Below the pieces are notes generated by a model that saw only the letters and a program-made list of their open reading frames with translations, searched no databases and was not told the origin of the DNA. 32,000 bases of DNA from positions 1,050,001-1,082,000 of the forward strand of contig OX638337.1 in the NCBI GenBank assembly GCA_951812855.1, read 5' to 3'. The translations under genes were made by a program, and so were the position numbers. This stretch comes from an uncultured Lentisphaeria bacterium. Lineage in GTDB: Bacteria > Verrucomicrobiota > Lentisphaeria > JABSQK01 > JAJFLO01. Shown one piece after another: positions 17,620 to 25,808 of this stretch (position 1 is its first letter; every line of letters starts with the position of its first letter).

Positions 17620-18663
17620 TTAAACGTCAATTAAAATTTTTGATTCGATATAGTCTCTAACCCGTGCCGGTGTCATAACATCACTTAGACATAATTGTTG
17701 CGGCAGCGGGCAGTTTCGTTTGAAGCAGGGAGAACAGTTGATAGTTGATTTGAATACCTTATGAATATCTCCATACGGCCCCGTTTTTGAGGGATCCGTG
17801 GGTCCGAAAAAAGAAACTGTTGGAACCTGAAGAGCTGCTGCTATATGCATTGGCCCACTGTCATTCGTTAAAAGCATACAGCTTTTCCTTAAGAGCTGAA
17901 CCATAACCGGCAGATTTGTTTTCCCCATTAAATTTTTCACATTTTCAGACTGACATGATTCAGTTATTAAATTGCCGATATGCGATTCAGAATCTGAACC
18001 GAGAATCCAAAACGCGATTCGACTGCCTGCATTTAAATTTAATAATGAAATTGTCTCCGAAAAATGAGTTTGTGGCCAGGTTTTACTTGGCCATCGGGTT
18101 GACGGTGCAATTGCAATTAATTTATTCGCGTCATTTATTTTATTCTCACGTAATAAATTATTTGCATCAGTCATCCAGGTCGGCTTTTCAATAAATCTGG
18201 GTGACAGGTATGATTGAGTAATACCGAGCGAATGTTGAACTAAATAAAGATTTTTTTCTACTGCATGGGTAATTTCTCGGGGAGGGTTAATTTTATCTGA
18301 GTAAGAAAATTGAGAAAGTTCGCGTGCATGAGAAAAGCCAATTTTCACAGGACTATTGGCAAAATAAGTACATAACCCACTTCTAAAGAGTCCCTGAAAA
18401 TCAAATACATAATCAAAATAACGGTGACGAAGGCTAAAAAGAAATCGAATTAAATCGCTAAAATTTGCGATTTTCGCCCAATGTTTGCGCTTAAAAAATA
18501 TGAATTCATCGACATCTTTGAATAATTTTGAAAGTTCGGCGAATTCGTCAGAGATCAACCATGTTATGTGGCACGAGGGGAATTGATCTTTAAGAACTCT
18601 TACAGCAGGTAAAGTATGAAAAATATCGCCTAAACTACTGGGTTTAACAACCAGTATTTTCAT
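17620..18663 (-). CDS. Glycosyltransferase family 9 (ADP-heptose:LPS heptosyltransferase-like)
   Basis: 347 aa. 'MKILVVKPSSLGDIFHTLPAV' is the typical GT9 N terminus. 'HAVEKNLYLV', 'NDSGPMHIAAAL', 'GPTDP' and a C-terminal 'CSPCFKRNCP...C' are also present. I cannot tell WaaC from WaaF or other GT9 members. Confidence 0.85.
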   Translation of the reverse strand: MKILVVKPSSLGDIFHTLPAVRVLKDQFPSCHITWLISDEFAELSKLFKDVDEFIFFKRKHWAKIANFSDLIRFLFSLRHRYFDYVFDFQGLFRSGLCTYFANSPVKIGFSHARELSQFSYSDKINPPREITHAVEKNLYLVQHSLGITQSYLSPRFIEKPTWMTDANNLLRENKINDANKLIAIAPSTRWPSKTWPQTHFSETISLLNLNAGSRIAFWILGSDSESHIGNLITESCQSENVKNLMGKTNLPVMVQLLRKSCMLLTNDSGPMHIAAALQVPTVSFFGPTDPSKTGPYGDIHKVFKSTINCSPCFKRNCPLPQQLCLSDVMTPARVRDYIESKILIDV

Positions 18664-18665
18664 TA

Positions 18666-19391
18666 TCAGGAGCCTTTTTCTAAGCGGAGTGCTAACCCTT
18701 CAGGTAAACCCGCTTTGATAATTTTTTCCTGGGCGGATTGAATATCATATGGGATACGGTGCAGCGTAACAAGATTTTCGTCAGTATCATATATAACAAA
18801 AGCTGATTTCCAATTTCCATCGCGAGGTTGTCCGACACTTCCGACATTAATAAGATATTTATGACCCTGCTGAATTTTAATTTCACTATACTTCCCACCC
18901 TGGATTGTGCCGAATTTTTCAAAGGCTAAAGGCACATGGGAATGTCCACAAAAGCAAATCTGGGAAAATTGATAGCGAAAGCTTGCTCCCGCTGACAGCT
19001 TATCAAGAATATATCCCCAGCGTTTCGGGGAATCTAAAGATGCATGAACGATGGTAATTTTCCCAATCTGCATGGTGAGTTTTAAGCGTTTTAACCATAA
19101 TCGCTGCTCCGGACTTAGATTATTCCTGGTCCATTCAACAGCCATAGCAGCTTGTGCATTGAATCCTGTCAAATCAGTATTTTGGACAGCCTTTTCATCA
19201 TGATTTCCCATGACAACTCCGGCGAGCGGAAGTTTTTTAATGATCTCCATACAATCACTCGGATCTGCATTATAACCAACAATATCGCCAATGCACAAAT
19301 AATTGTCGACACCAATTTTATCACATTCCCGAAGAACCGCAGTTAACGCTTCCAAATTCGCGTGTACATCGCCAAAAACAGCGTATTTCAT
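18666..19391 (-). CDS. Calcineurin-like metallophosphoesterase family protein
   Basis: 241 aa. Motifs 'GDVHAN', 'IGDIVGY', 'GNHD', 'VHAS', 'GHSHVP', 'NVGSVGQPRDG'. Its stop is 2 nt from the GT9 start. Confidence 0.85.
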   Translation of the reverse strand: MKYAVFGDVHANLEALTAVLRECDKIGVDNYLCIGDIVGYNADPSDCMEIIKKLPLAGVVMGNHDEKAVQNTDLTGFNAQAAMAVEWTRNNLSPEQRLWLKRLKLTMQIGKITIVHASLDSPKRWGYILDKLSAGASFRYQFSQICFCGHSHVPLAFEKFGTIQGGKYSEIKIQQGHKYLINVGSVGQPRDGNWKSAFVIYDTDENLVTLHRIPYDIQSAQEKIIKAGLPEGLALRLEKGS

Positions 19392-19573
19392 GAACGATCC
19401 CCGGTTGATTTTATTGACTCACTTACCTGAGCAATAGGCAATTGACCTGATGCTGATAATGTCTTCATCCAGCTAACGGCAACGAGTTAAGTGGGAATAA
19501 ATAGAAAGTGGACAACCTGCTATGAGCCCTAATCTAAGAATTATTTCCGAATTCGCAACTTAAAAATTCAAGA

Positions 19574-20959
19574 TTAATTCAAATTATGATGAAAGTCTCT
19601 GTAGAGTTTTAAAAGCCCTTGTTGGGAACAGGCATTTTTCAAAATAGCGTTACTCCTGGCAGGGGGAATGAAAAAATGATGGACCGCCTCCTTAAAGGTA
19701 CGGTTATCCTGCAGCCTGGGAACCTTCATTGCAATCAATTTTATCTTTTGGCAATTCTCTACATCATCCTCAACCATAAAATAACCCAACGAAAACGGTA
19801 TCGCGAAATTTATCAGAAGATCATTAATTCTATTTGCCCCCAATAATGAAATCGGATTTTCCAGAGCAACAGCGAAACTAATGAATTTCGTCTGATTAAT
19901 TTCACGATCAATCGTAAAAATTTGTTTGAGTTCACTATAGTAATTTTTAATTTTATTCTCTTTTTTGAAAATACCTAATATTTTCGACCCAAGTTTAAAT
20001 CTTGCATTTTTAATAACATAATAGGCTGCAAGCAGTCTTCTCTCCGGGGAATTAGCCGGTCTGTAACTACTTTTTTTCCAACTGACAGGAGAATAATTTT
20101 GTCGTTTACTCCACCAGGATTCCCACATTTTAGAAACCCATGATGAATAATCCGGATGAATATTTATTTGACTGGGATCAGGAAGCAGTCCTGCTGTACC
20201 GAATAATACCGAAAATGCATCAATCTCCGAAAATTGAGACAATTCCTCCAGTGAAATTTTAGAACTCAGTTCAGCAAAGCCATCGCGATTTATTTTATAT
20301 CCCATTCCATCAAGTAACGCTTTATACGCGGTATCTTCTAAACCGTACTTTATGATTTTCTGTGCAAAACTCCGTGCTTTTTCGTAAACTCTCATTAAGC
20401 CGAAAGACTGAGTTAAATCAATAATCTGATCATTGCTCAAACTTGAAAACCAATTCGCATATTTCCCAGGTTTGATTTTGCGTGCATAAGGATACGAAGA
20501 GGTATTAAACGTTTCTACAACATTTTCAAGTGGTATCAATAAGTGTTTCTGTATACTGAATAATGGCACATTTGGCGGAAAGTTGATCAATCCTTCAGGA
20601 TTATTCCATACCACATGAAGAACCACGTCGTTATATGCTGAATCAAACTGATGGTTATGTCTGTTCCAATCTTCAGGGCTGAAATGTATCTCTATCCACC
20701 CCCGTTTTTTAACTCCGGAAATTATTATTTCAGCATGCTGAAAATCCGGTCCGGATTCAATATTCCAAATTCCTTTTTCCACGATTTCAAGTGTTTCACC
20801 CGATTCTGTGCACAGTGGCATTTTGAATAATTGTTCGTTCCAAATAATTTGCAGTAAGTTTTCCTGGAAATATGGCTCATGTTCTTCGAATAAATAAAAA
20901 CCATTCGAGAAGAGCTTCTGAAAAAAATCATCAGTATTGAATTTTGACTTTTGTGACAT
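19574..20959 (-). CDS. DUF2851 family protein (unknown function)
   Basis: 461 aa. The N-terminal region 'LLQIIWNEQLF...L.TESGETLEIVEKGIWNIESGPDFQHAEIIISGVKKRGWIEIHFSPEDWNRHNHQFDSAYNDVVLHVVW' matches the DUF2851 signature as I remember it. Confidence 0.7.
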   Translation of the reverse strand: MSQKSKFNTDDFFQKLFSNGFYLFEEHEPYFQENLLQIIWNEQLFKMPLCTESGETLEIVEKGIWNIESGPDFQHAEIIISGVKKRGWIEIHFSPEDWNRHNHQFDSAYNDVVLHVVWNNPEGLINFPPNVPLFSIQKHLLIPLENVVETFNTSSYPYARKIKPGKYANWFSSLSNDQIIDLTQSFGLMRVYEKARSFAQKIIKYGLEDTAYKALLDGMGYKINRDGFAELSSKISLEELSQFSEIDAFSVLFGTAGLLPDPSQINIHPDYSSWVSKMWESWWSKRQNYSPVSWKKSSYRPANSPERRLLAAYYVIKNARFKLGSKILGIFKKENKIKNYYSELKQIFTIDREINQTKFISFAVALENPISLLGANRINDLLINFAIPFSLGYFMVEDDVENCQKIKLIAMKVPRLQDNRTFKEAVHHFFIPPARSNAILKNACSQQGLLKLYRDFHHNLN

Positions 20960-21026
20960 TTTACGGAATATTTAAGATTATCAGTTGGTCAGTAAATTAA
21001 AATAAATATTAAAAACTTAAAATAAA

Positions 21027-22445
21027 ATGAATATATATTGTCAACTATACCAGATTTCTAAACGATTTGGAATTCGGTGCTCTATTCCATTTTTCATTTT
21101 TGCTGCAGCACAGACCGTTTTCTCAAGCGGTTCAGAAAACCTTTCTACATCAAATCGGGTAACACCGGTTGTCAAAGCGGTTTCCAAAGTTTTAGAATCT
21201 GTTGTAAATATTAGTACCGAACGAATCGTCACGAAACGATATCAGCGTTTTGGTTATTCAGATCCGTTTACCAAACTGTTTGAGCAATTTTTCGGACTCC
21301 AGGACAGGAACTATAAAACAAATTCACTGGGCAGCGGTGTTATTGTTGATCGCCGAGGATTAATACTGACTAATAACCATGTAATACAGAAGGCGTCACG
21401 AATTATAATTACCCTGGCAGACGGTTCAGATTATGATGCCGTCCCCGTGGCTACAGATCAAGAAAACGATTTGGCACTGATTCGTCTGGAGGGATTGTCA
21501 GAAGATGTAAATCTGCATGCAATACCGTTTGCAAAACCAAATGATCTGTATTTAGGCGAAACCGTGATTGCTGTGGGAAATCCGTTTGGTCTTGGACATA
21601 GCGTCGCAACTGGAGTGCTGAGTGCAATTAAGCGCAAAGTTATTTATGACGGCGAAGAATTATTTGATGATATCATGCAAACTGATGCCGCAATTAATCC
21701 GGGAAACAGTGGAGGACCTGTTATAAATGTGGATGGTGAGCTTATTGGAATAAATCTTGCAATCCATGGAGATGCGGAAGGGATTGGATTTGCAATACCA
21801 TTAAAGCGAATTGAAGATATTTTGAGCTTTTGGATGATTCCTTCCCGATTCAGCATGAGCAGTTGCGGAATTATACCCGGGACTATAACAACAGCGGATA
21901 ACAAAAGTAACGTGTTTGTTAGCAAGATACTGCCAGACAGCCCTCTGGAGCAGACTTCAATTAAAGAAAACGATATTATTCAATCTATTAACGGTATTGA
22001 GGTCCATCAGGCAATTGATGCAAGTAGAATCTTATGGTCTATGAAAAACGGTGATTCTATCAAATTCGTACTGGAAAATGGAAAGACAGAAGAATGTGTT
22101 ATTTCATCAATCCCTGAACTTGGCGGTAAAGATCTGGCAATGAAAACCCTGAACGCAGAGCTGCAACAATTAACAAAAAGACTTGGAGAAGCACTTGGAT
22201 TGCCGTATTCAAGAGGATTGATCGTCAGCGATTTAGATCAGAATAGTTCTCTCGCAAAACAGGGGGTTCAGCGGGGAGATGTTATTATCCAAATTGGAGA
22301 AATTCCAATTGCAGGATTTTCTGATTTAGTTCGTGCATTAAATCAAAGTCGGTATGAACGCGTTCTTGATTTTGTCGTCGACAGAGTTGTAAATGTCAGG
22401 GGTCACCTGATACTCCACCGATATATATTAAATGTACCGATTTAA
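21027..22445 (+). CDS. HtrA/DegP-family periplasmic serine protease with two PDZ-like domains
   Basis: 472 aa. Signal-like N terminus. Catalytic triad contexts 'LILTNNHVI', 'NDLALIRL', 'TDAAINPGNSGGPVIN'. Two C-terminal PDZ-like segments. Confidence 0.9.
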   Translation: MNIYCQLYQISKRFGIRCSIPFFIFAAAQTVFSSGSENLSTSNRVTPVVKAVSKVLESVVNISTERIVTKRYQRFGYSDPFTKLFEQFFGLQDRNYKTNSLGSGVIVDRRGLILTNNHVIQKASRIIITLADGSDYDAVPVATDQENDLALIRLEGLSEDVNLHAIPFAKPNDLYLGETVIAVGNPFGLGHSVATGVLSAIKRKVIYDGEELFDDIMQTDAAINPGNSGGPVINVDGELIGINLAIHGDAEGIGFAIPLKRIEDILSFWMIPSRFSMSSCGIIPGTITTADNKSNVFVSKILPDSPLEQTSIKENDIIQSINGIEVHQAIDASRILWSMKNGDSIKFVLENGKTEECVISSIPELGGKDLAMKTLNAELQQLTKRLGEALGLPYSRGLIVSDLDQNSSLAKQGVQRGDVIIQIGEIPIAGFSDLVRALNQSRYERVLDFVVDRVVNVRGHLILHRYILNVPI

Positions 22446-22944
22446 TTTTTCCTGTCACCCCGTACACCCTAATCCGAAGGTCAGTTGATTTGATGCAATC
22501 GTTACCCGAATAAATAATACAACATGTCAATATCAACTAAAAATTCTTGTGTTGATCAGAGCCTTCCCGATCTAATTAATATTACAACACTCTATTTTGG
22601 AACTAAATGACAGTTCCATCGTCAAAGCTGCATCATTCAAGTGAATTAATCGCTATAACACGCTTTTGAAGGAGATTTACATATAGTTTATTTGGAAATT
22701 TTATTAGCAAATTAAACATTTAGAACAAATATATAATCTCTAACTATTTTATTTTGCAGAATACTGAAACATACTATGCATCAATATTTTTCGCCGACAG
22801 GCATATCTTTTTATTAAATTTTAACGATGTTTCAACGAAATTTTCTGCAAAAAAAATACAGGTCCATGGCGTATTAAGTTATTACGATTTCCGTTTTGCT
22901 CAACATGCAACATTATATTATTGTAACTGAACAGGTTTTTATTT

Positions 22945-24252
22945 ATGTCACTGTTTCAAAGCACAACGTGTGCCTCATTCTCCTGGGATAATTTTGGAAA
23001 TTTCAGAGGTGTACTGGTTAAACGAAAGGGAAATAGCTTTGAGATTTTAAGCCACTGGCAGGCTGAAAAAACTGGCAGTCAATCACATGCCCAGTTGTTG
23101 GAAAACGGATATATTTCTCTTAATCCCGACGGAGAAACAACTGTCGTTATCGGCGGCAATTTCAGCAAATCATGTTTCATCGACTTCAAAATGCCGAAAA
23201 TTGCCCCTGGCGATCTTAGAAATGCCCTTTTCTTTGAATTGGCAAAATATACACCTGTTCCACTGGATGAAGTTCAATGGGGATTTCGAGTTATCGGGAA
23301 AATCGAAAATACAGAACACTGCCTTATACGCGTTGTGTATTTTTCTCAAACCGACTGGGAGTCCTGGATTTCTGCATCAAGCGGTATCAGTAATGGTGTT
23401 GATATCATTATTCCCCCCGTTGCCGTTCTTGATCCGGCAATAACCGGTACAGATGTTTGTCTCGAAAATTCAAATGGTAACGAACCGTTTATATTTCAAT
23501 CGAAACCCGATGGTGAACGAGAAATAATCAGCCTTCCGTCAGACCAGGATTATATTGGCATTTTCGGACTCGGCGACTCTCCTCTTGAACTTGAAAATCT
23601 GGACATTGGAGGAATTGGAAATTTATCTGCTGATATCCAAAAAACGTTTACAACCTCGATTATTTTAGGTATATATGGTGTCAGCAGCCAATTTTATACA
23701 GACAAAAAACAGTGGCTCCCGACCCCGCCGGAGTTACGCCCTAAACGAAATCGGACCCATAAAATTTATTTTATGGTGCTTGCTGTTTATTTATTCTTCC
23801 TGTCCGGAATCTTTGTCAGTTCCATGTTTTATGAGCGATATCAGGAATACAATGAATTAAATGCTGAATATAGACGGGTAAAGGATAAAATAGACAAGGT
23901 GCAAACTTCAGATGAAGACACCAGGTTTGGGGATGATTTGGAAATAGAGTTAGTTGAACTTGATAAAACAATATTTTCCATGGCAAGGTCGCTGATTGAA
24001 GTAACAACGTTAACGGGTGACGAATTGTGGTCATCAAATTTTAATTGGGATGTTAATGAATTACGGGTTGAATTAAGAACTGAAGCTGAAGATTCTGATA
24101 TAACAGAGGCTCTTCAACAATCCGAAATTCTAACAGATATTACCATGAGAAAAAGACAACTCGCAGACGGCACTGTTAATTATACCATAAATTGCAGAAT
24201 AATGTCTGAAGATAACGAAGAAGCATTCGACGAAATCAAAACAGACAAATAA
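22945..24252 (+). CDS. Fused PilM-PilN-like / GspL-like assembly-platform protein
   Basis: 435 aa. Cytoplasmic domain with 'KMPKIAPGDLRNALFFELAKYTPVPLDEVQWGFRVIG' (PilM/GspL-like segment). Single TM helix 'IYFMVLAVYLFFLSGIFVSSMF' (nt about 23764-23829). Then a coiled coil and a roughly 100-aa periplasmic domain. Assignment rests on architecture and operon context. Confidence 0.55.
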   Translation: MSLFQSTTCASFSWDNFGNFRGVLVKRKGNSFEILSHWQAEKTGSQSHAQLLENGYISLNPDGETTVVIGGNFSKSCFIDFKMPKIAPGDLRNALFFELAKYTPVPLDEVQWGFRVIGKIENTEHCLIRVVYFSQTDWESWISASSGISNGVDIIIPPVAVLDPAITGTDVCLENSNGNEPFIFQSKPDGEREIISLPSDQDYIGIFGLGDSPLELENLDIGGIGNLSADIQKTFTTSIILGIYGVSSQFYTDKKQWLPTPPELRPKRNRTHKIYFMVLAVYLFFLSGIFVSSMFYERYQEYNELNAEYRRVKDKIDKVQTSDEDTRFGDDLEIELVELDKTIFSMARSLIEVTTLTGDELWSSNFNWDVNELRVELRTEAEDSDITEALQQSEILTDITMRKRQLADGTVNYTINCRIMSEDNEEAFDEIKTDK

Positions 24253-24309
24253 TAGAAATAACAATAATAAAAACACTGAAAATGACTCCGCCGGGAAATA
24301 GGAAAATTA

Positions 24310-24894
24310 ATGTCTAACAGCAAAACAACAGGTCACCGGAAAATTTATTCTGCTATCATTATTATTTTGGTTCTGTGTTATGCCGTTAAGTTCATGAATA
24401 TAGACAATGTCGTCGTCCCGACATCGAAATTAATTAAAGATCAGAAGCATAAAATAAAATTGTTAAAAGCTGAATTAGTCAATATAGAGAAATTGATTGA
24501 GAAGCGAAAAGAAAAAAAAGAGAAGTTGGGACGAATGAGCAGCCAATACTGGCAATCAACAGATAAATTACCGACAAACGAAATCCAGCAGAAAATTGAA
24601 CGTATCGGCAAAAAAAACGGTGTGATTTTAAACAAAGTCGGTGCACCAAAAATCACTGATGTAAGCGATAATATTCAAGCCATTGACATTACTATCAGCA
24701 GTACAACTTCAATTAAAAACGTCAGTGATTTTTTACAGGATATTGAAAACGAACATCCCCTGTTGATTTGGCATAACTGTGTTATTCGTCCCAACCGAAC
24801 TAAAGATCCGACGTTAGTCAGTATTTCGGGTAAAGTACGTGCATATATTTTAAAACCCACTGTCGAAAATTACTTGTCCGGACGCCAATTTTAA
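24310..24894 (+). CDS. PilO/GspM-like bitopic inner-membrane component
   Basis: 194 aa. N-terminal TM 'IYSAIIIILVLCYAV', a K/E-rich coiled coil, then a small domain 'IDITISSTTSIKNVSDFLQDIENEHPLLIWHNCVIRP' resembling the PilO/GspM C-terminal fold pattern. SD-like 'agga' upstream. Confidence 0.5.
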   Translation: MSNSKTTGHRKIYSAIIIILVLCYAVKFMNIDNVVVPTSKLIKDQKHKIKLLKAELVNIEKLIEKRKEKKEKLGRMSSQYWQSTDKLPTNEIQQKIERIGKKNGVILNKVGAPKITDVSDNIQAIDITISSTTSIKNVSDFLQDIENEHPLLIWHNCVIRPNRTKDPTLVSISGKVRAYILKPTVENYLSGRQF

Positions 24895-25742
24895 TGGGTA
24901 AATTTTTAATTATAATCAATATATCATTAACTGTCGCTGCCATTGTTTTGACGCGTAATCTGATAAATCCAACGTTACCGGCCAATTCGAATTCGACGTC
25001 AACATTATTAGACACGAGCGTTTTTGAACAAACCGGCATGGAGGATGAAACGGGAATGGGTCTACCCAAATTAACCCGGCAGGAGAGTGATATATTGTGG
25101 GAGAAAAATCTATTTCATCCTGAAAGAACCTTTGAAGAGAGCCTTATAGAAGATTTAGATATCAAAGAACCTGAGCAAGTTAACGAACATTTTGAATTGA
25201 TGAGTATAGCCCAGGTTGCGAATAAATCGTGTGCCAGCATACGAGTCATAAAGAAAGCTCGGTCGCAAAGACGACGGGCAAATAACCGCAGGAATAATAG
25301 AAGAGCAAAATCACCTAAAAAAGATACAAACCAGAAAATTTATATGCTGAATGATTCTGTGGGTGAAACCGGTTTTAAACTCACAGAGATAGGCATTGAT
25401 TATATCGTTATTAAAAAAGGTGATCAAGAATTGACGTTAAGACTGGATAAAGGTGATGAGAGTAGTGAAAAACGCAGGCAGGTAGCAAAGAAAAAAATTG
25501 ATGCCAAAACTAAGAAAGAGTCAGCGGCAAGGAACAGAATTGAAGCGTCTAAGAAAAAACAAGAAAAAGAACCTGAAAAAGAAGTTGCAAAAGATACACC
25601 GAAAAAAACGATTCCGCCGCCACCGCCACCGCCGGCATTTAATCGAGGAGTTCAACAGCCTGCAACAAATCAAAACAGCACCAATACCAGTAGTGCCGGG
25701 CAAGGAAACAGTCAATACCCGAGACCCATAAGAAAAAGATAG
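24894..25742 (+). CDS. PilP/GspC-like protein with Arg-rich insertion and K/E-rich, poly-proline C-terminal tail
   Basis: 282 aa. The start overlaps the upstream stop (TAATG). TM anchor 'FLIIINISLTVAAIVL'. 'ILWEKNLFHPER' and the beta-rich core 'FELMSIAQVANKSCASIRVI...KIYMLNDSVGETGFKLTEIGIDYIVIKKGDQELTLRL' resemble the GspC HR / PilP domain pattern. Confidence 0.45.
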   Translation: MGKFLIIINISLTVAAIVLTRNLINPTLPANSNSTSTLLDTSVFEQTGMEDETGMGLPKLTRQESDILWEKNLFHPERTFEESLIEDLDIKEPEQVNEHFELMSIAQVANKSCASIRVIKKARSQRRRANNRRNNRRAKSPKKDTNQKIYMLNDSVGETGFKLTEIGIDYIVIKKGDQELTLRLDKGDESSEKRRQVAKKKIDAKTKKESAARNRIEASKKKQEKEPEKEVAKDTPKKTIPPPPPPPAFNRGVQQPATNQNSTNTSSAGQGNSQYPRPIRKR

Positions 25743-25808
25743 ACTGTAAAACATTTTACTTTAGTGAAGTTATAATACGAAATAAAATTCAAGGAGATCA
25801 ATAGATCA

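Noticed and set aside
22524-22610. A 28-codon ORF (MSISTKNSCVDQSLPDLINITTLYFGTK) in the long intergenic region, considered as a possible leader peptide or small protein.
   Set aside because: There is no SD-like sequence and no hydrophobic or other recognisable pattern. An ORF of this length is expected by chance.
25498-25754. Lys/Arg-rich alternative-frame ORFs (25498-25731 + and 25521-25754 -) overlapping the tail of the PilP/GspC-like gene.
   Set aside because: They are a by-product of the AAG/AAA/GAA-rich low-complexity coding sequence. Any frame of such sequence stays open and looks basic, and there is no independent evidence for them.
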